Shown piece after piece: positions 59,811 through 64,000 of a stretch of DNA of 64,000 nt. Every line of letters starts with the position of its first letter. The stretch's first letter is position 1. The stretch is taken from the NCBI RefSeq assembly GCF_009914755.1, contig NC_060928.1. One strand, 5' to 3'. This DNA comes from the human T2T-CHM13v2.0 reference genome, Homo sapiens. The position numbers and the translations under genes are program-made. The notes beneath the pieces were generated by a model. That model was not told the origin of the DNA, did no database searches, and saw only the letters and a program-made list of their open reading frames with translations.

Positions 59811-62800
59811 TATTTTATGTACAGTATATAATACATACTTTGGGTACTTTGATATTTTATGTACAGTATATAATACATACTTTGGGAACTTTGATATTTT
59901 ATGTACAGTATGTAATACATACTTTGGGTACTTTGATATTTTATGTACAGTATATAATACATATTATTGGTACTTTGATATTTTATGTCCAGTATAAAAT
60001 ACATAGATTTCATACATTGATATTTTATGTACAGAATATAGTTTGAGTACTTTGATATTTCATGTACACTTTATCATAAAAGTTTGGGTACTTTCATATT
60101 TTACGTACAGTATATAATACATACTTTGGGCACTTTGATGTTTTATGTACAGTATATAATACATACTTTGGGTTCTTTGATATATTATGTACAGCATATA
60201 GTACATAATTTGGGGACTTTTATATTTTATGTACATTATATAATACATAATTTGGGTACTTTTATATTTTATGTACGGTATATAATACATACTTTGGGTA
60301 CTTTGATATATTATGTACAGTATATAATACATACTTTGGGTACTTTGATATATTATGTACAGTATATAATACATACTTAGGGTACTTTGACATTTTATGT
60401 ACAGTACATAATACATACTTTGGGTACTTTGATATTTTATGTACAGTATATAATACATACTTTGGGTACTTCGATATTTTATGTACAGTATATAATACAT
60501 ATTTTGGTTACTTTTATATTTTATGTACAGTATATAATATATAGTTTGGGTACTTTGATATTTTATGTACGGTATATAATACATACTTTGGGTACTTTGA
60601 TATTTTATGTACGGTATATAATACATACTTTGGGTACTTTGATATTTTAACTACAGTATATAATACATACTTTGGGTACTTTGATATTTTATCTACAGTA
60701 TATAATAGATACTTTGGGTACTTTGATATATTATGTGCAGTACCCTATATATAGTTTGGGTACTTTGATATTTTATGTCCAGTATAAAATAAATAGTTTT
60801 GGTACTTTGATATTTTATGTACAGTATATAGTTTGAGTACTTTGATATTTAATGTTCAGTTTATTATAAATGTTTGGGTGCTTTCATATTTTATATACAG
60901 TATATAATACATACTTTGGGCACTTTGATATTTTCTGTACAGTATATAATACATACTTTGGGTACTTTGATATTTTATGTACGGTATATAATACATACAT
61001 TGGGTACTTTGATATTTTATGTACAGTATATAATGTATAGTTTGTTTACTTTGATATTTTATATACAGTATATAATATATACTATGTGTACTTTGATATA
61101 TTATGTACAGTATATAATATATAGTATGGGTTGTTTGATATTTTATGTACAGTATATAATATATAGTTTGGGTAGTTTGATATTATTAGTACAGTATGTA
61201 ATATATAGTTTGTTTTATTTGATATTTTATGTACAGTATACAATATATAGTATTGGTACTTTGATATTTCATGTAAAGTATATAGTTTGAGTACTTTGAT
61301 ATTTTATATGCAGTTTATTATAAATGTTTGGGTACCTTCATATTTTATGTACAGTATATAATACATACTTTGGGAACTTTTATTTTATGTGCAGTATATA
61401 ATACATACTTTGGGTACTTTGATATTTCATGTACAGTATATAATACACACTTTGGGTACTTTGATATTTTATGTACAGTATATAATACACACTTCGGGTA
61501 CTTTGATATTTTATGTACAGTATATAATACATACTTTGGTAACTTTGATGTATTATGTACAGTATATAATACATACTTTGGGTACTTTGATATTTTATGT
61601 ACAGTATATAATACATACTTTGGGTACTTTGATATTTTATGTACAGTATGTAATACATAATTTGGGTACTTTAATATTTTATGCATAGTATATAATACTT
61701 TGGGTACTTTGATATTTTATGGACAGTGTATAATACATACTTTGGGTACTTTGATATTTTATGTACAGTATATAACATATAGTATGGGTACTTTGATATT
61801 TTATATACAGTATATAATACATACTTTGGGTACTTTGATATTTTATGTACAGTATATAATACATATTTTGGGTACTTTGATATTTCATGCACAGTATACA
61901 ATATATAGTTTGAGTACTTTGATATTTTATGTACTGTATAAAATATATAGTTTTGGTACTTTGATATTTTATGTACAGTATATAGTTTGAGTACTTTGAT
62001 ATTTTATGTACAGTTTGTTATAAATGTTTGGGTGCTTTCATATTTTATGTACAGTATATAATACATACTTTGGGCACTTTGATATCTTATGTACAGTATA
62101 TAATACATACTTTGGGTTCTCTGATATTTTCTGTACAGTGTATAATACATAATTTGGGTACATTGATATTTTATGTACAGCATATAATACATACGTTGGG
62201 TACTTTGATATATTATGTACAGTATGTAATACATACTTTGGGTAATTTGATATTTTATGTACAGTATATAATCAATAGTTTGTGTACTTTTATATTTTAT
62301 GTACAGTATATAATACATAGTTTGGGTTCTTTGATATTTTATGTACAGTATATAATACATACTTTGGGTACTTTCATGTTTTATGTACAGTATATAATAT
62401 ATAGTTTGGGTACTTTGATATTTTATCTACAGCTTACAATACTTACTTTGGGTAATTTGATATTTTATGTACAGTATATAATACATACTTTGGGTAGTTT
62501 GATATTTTATGTACTGTATACAATATATAGTTTGAGTACTTTGATATTTTATGTGCAGTATAAAATATATAGTGTTGGTACTTTGATGTTTTATGTACAG
62601 TATATATTTTGAGTACTTTGATATTTTGTGTACAGTTTATTATAAATGTTTGGGTACTTTCATATTTGATGTACAGTATATAATACATAATTTGGGCACT
62701 TTGATATTTTATGTACAGTATATAATACATACTTTGGGTACTTTTATATTTTATGTACAGTATATAATACATACTCTGGGCAGTTTGATATTTAATGTAC

Positions 62801-64000
62801 AGTATATAAAACACACTTTGCGTACTTTGATATTTTATGTAACGTATGTAATACATACTTTGGGTAGTTTGATATCTTATGTACAGTATGTAGTACACAC
62901 TTTGGGTACTTTGATATTTTATGTACAGTATGTGAAACATACTTTGGGTAGTTTGATATTTTATGATCAGTATATAATACACATTTTGGGTACCTTGATA
63001 TTTTATGTACAGTATATAATACATACTTTGGGTACTTTGATATTTTATGTACAGTATATAATGCATACTTTAGGTAATTTGATAGTTTATGTACTGTATA
63101 TAATACATACTTTGGGTACTTTGATATTTTATGTACAGTATATAATACATACTTTGGGTACTTTGATATTTTATCTACAGTGTATAATATATACTTTGGG
63201 TACTTTGATATATTATGTACAGTATATAATACATATTTCGGGTACTTTGATATTTTATGTACAGTATATAATACATACTTTGGGTACTTTGATATTTTAT
63301 GTACAGTATATAATACATACTTTCGGTACTTTGATATTTTATGTACAGTATATAATATATAGTTTGGGTACTTTGATATTTTATGTACAGTATATAATAT
63401 ATAGTTTGGGTACTTTGATATTTTATGTACAGTATATAATACATACTTTGGGTACTTTGATATTTTATGTACAGTATATAATACATACTTTGGGTACTTT
63501 GATATTTTATGTACAGTATATAATATATAGTTTGGGTACTTTGATAATTTATGTACAGTGTATAACACATACTTTGGGTACTTTCATATTTTATGTACAG
63601 TATATAATACATACTTTGGGTACTTTGATATTTTATGTACAGTATATAATATATAGTTTGAGTACTTTGATATTTTATGTCCAGTATAAAATATATAGAT
63701 TTCGTACTTTGATATTTTATGTACAGAATATAGTTTGAGTACTTTGATATTTTATGTACAATTTATTATAAAAGTTTGGGTACTTTCATATTTTACGTAC
63801 AGTATATAATACATACTTTGGGCACTTTGATGTTTTATGCACAGTATATAATACATACTTTGGGTACTTTTATATTTTATGTACAGTATATAATACATAG
63901 TTTGGGTACTTTGATATTTAATATACAGTATATAACGCACACTTTGCGTACTTTGATATTTTATGTAAAGTATGTAATACATACTTTGGGTAGTTTGATA

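Larger units (their letters stand above)
1..64000. repeat. Satellite 1 (HSat1A / SAR-type) 42-bp tandem array, about 1,500 monomers, single orientation (T-rich strand = +)
   Basis: The 42-bp unit GTACAGTATATAATACATACTTTGGGTACTTTGATATTTTAT repeats from base 1 to 64000 with no foreign sequence seen. Its reverse complement splits at GTAC (RsaI) into a 17-bp ACATAAAATATCAAAGT and a 25-bp ACCCAAAGTATGTATTATATACTGT unit, the classical Satellite 1 A/B organisation. The family name is from recall, not a database search. Confidence 0.95.

Noticed and set aside
196-63982. Hundreds of ORFs with 14-residue repeats (YVQYIIHTLGTLIF, CTVYNTYFGYFDIL, YILYIKYQSTQSMY, YTVHKISKYPKYVL), up to 381 aa
   Set aside because: 42 bp is 14 codons and four of six frames of the consensus lack stops. 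The ORFs overlap on both strands, end at random variants or at the 35/41-bp frameshifts, and show no sign of coding constraint.
1-64000. CRISPR-like alternation of a conserved 17-bp half and a more variable 25-bp half
   Set aside because: The variable halves are all homologous point variants rather than unique spacers, and there is no leader or cas gene.
1-64000. Alpha satellite / CENP-B box, HSat2/3 (CATTC)n, HSat1B or telomeric repeat identity
   Set aside because: There is no 171-bp period, CENP-B box, CATTC/GGAAT pentamer, Alu-derived segment or TTAGGG array.
1-64000. G-quadruplex potential from recurring GGG/GGGG
   Set aside because: G-runs are about 39 nt apart, too far for conventional G4 loops.
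1-64000. Splice-acceptor-like TTTTATGTACAG|T at each monomer
   Set aside because: The pyrimidine tract is weak and interrupted, there is no exon or donor context, and it is a by-product of the consensus.
1-64000. Regular 378-bp (9x42) higher-order repeat
   Set aside because: Diagnostic variants do not recur at 378-bp intervals by eye; spacing follows variable 42n+76 segments. A weak signal cannot be excluded without computation.

Overview
The whole 64 kb window is one uninterrupted AT-rich tandem satellite in a single orientation. The consensus monomer is 42 bp (+ strand GTACAGTATATAATACATACTTTGGGTACTTTGATATTTTAT, 76% AT, two GTAC sites giving 25+17 bp halves), about 1,500 copies. This matches classical human/hominoid Satellite 1 (HSat1A, Repbase SAR); species and chromosome cannot be fixed from the sequence alone. 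I find no supportable genes, RNA genes, mobile elements or CRISPR arrays. All listed ORFs are artefacts of a 14-codon monomer with four stop-free frames. The real structure is hierarchical. (i) About 99 copies of a conserved 5-monomer 'punctuation' cassette, containing a 35-bp and a 41-bp monomer, cut the array into segments of about 42n+76 bp. (ii) These segments form a limited, reused set of types carrying diagnostic variants. (iii) There are nested duplications of 42 bp, 496 bp, 3,158, 3,610 and 6,318 bp, and a roughly 17.2-17.7 kb macro-period, several with readable junctions and relative ages. More speculative points are palindrome-perfecting variants of the monomer's internal dyad, a Pumilio element (TGTACATA) at nearly every minus-strand monomer junction, and a TCF/LEF core (CTTTGAT) in most monomers. 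All counts and offsets were read by eye, aided by the ORF track, and need computational confirmation.
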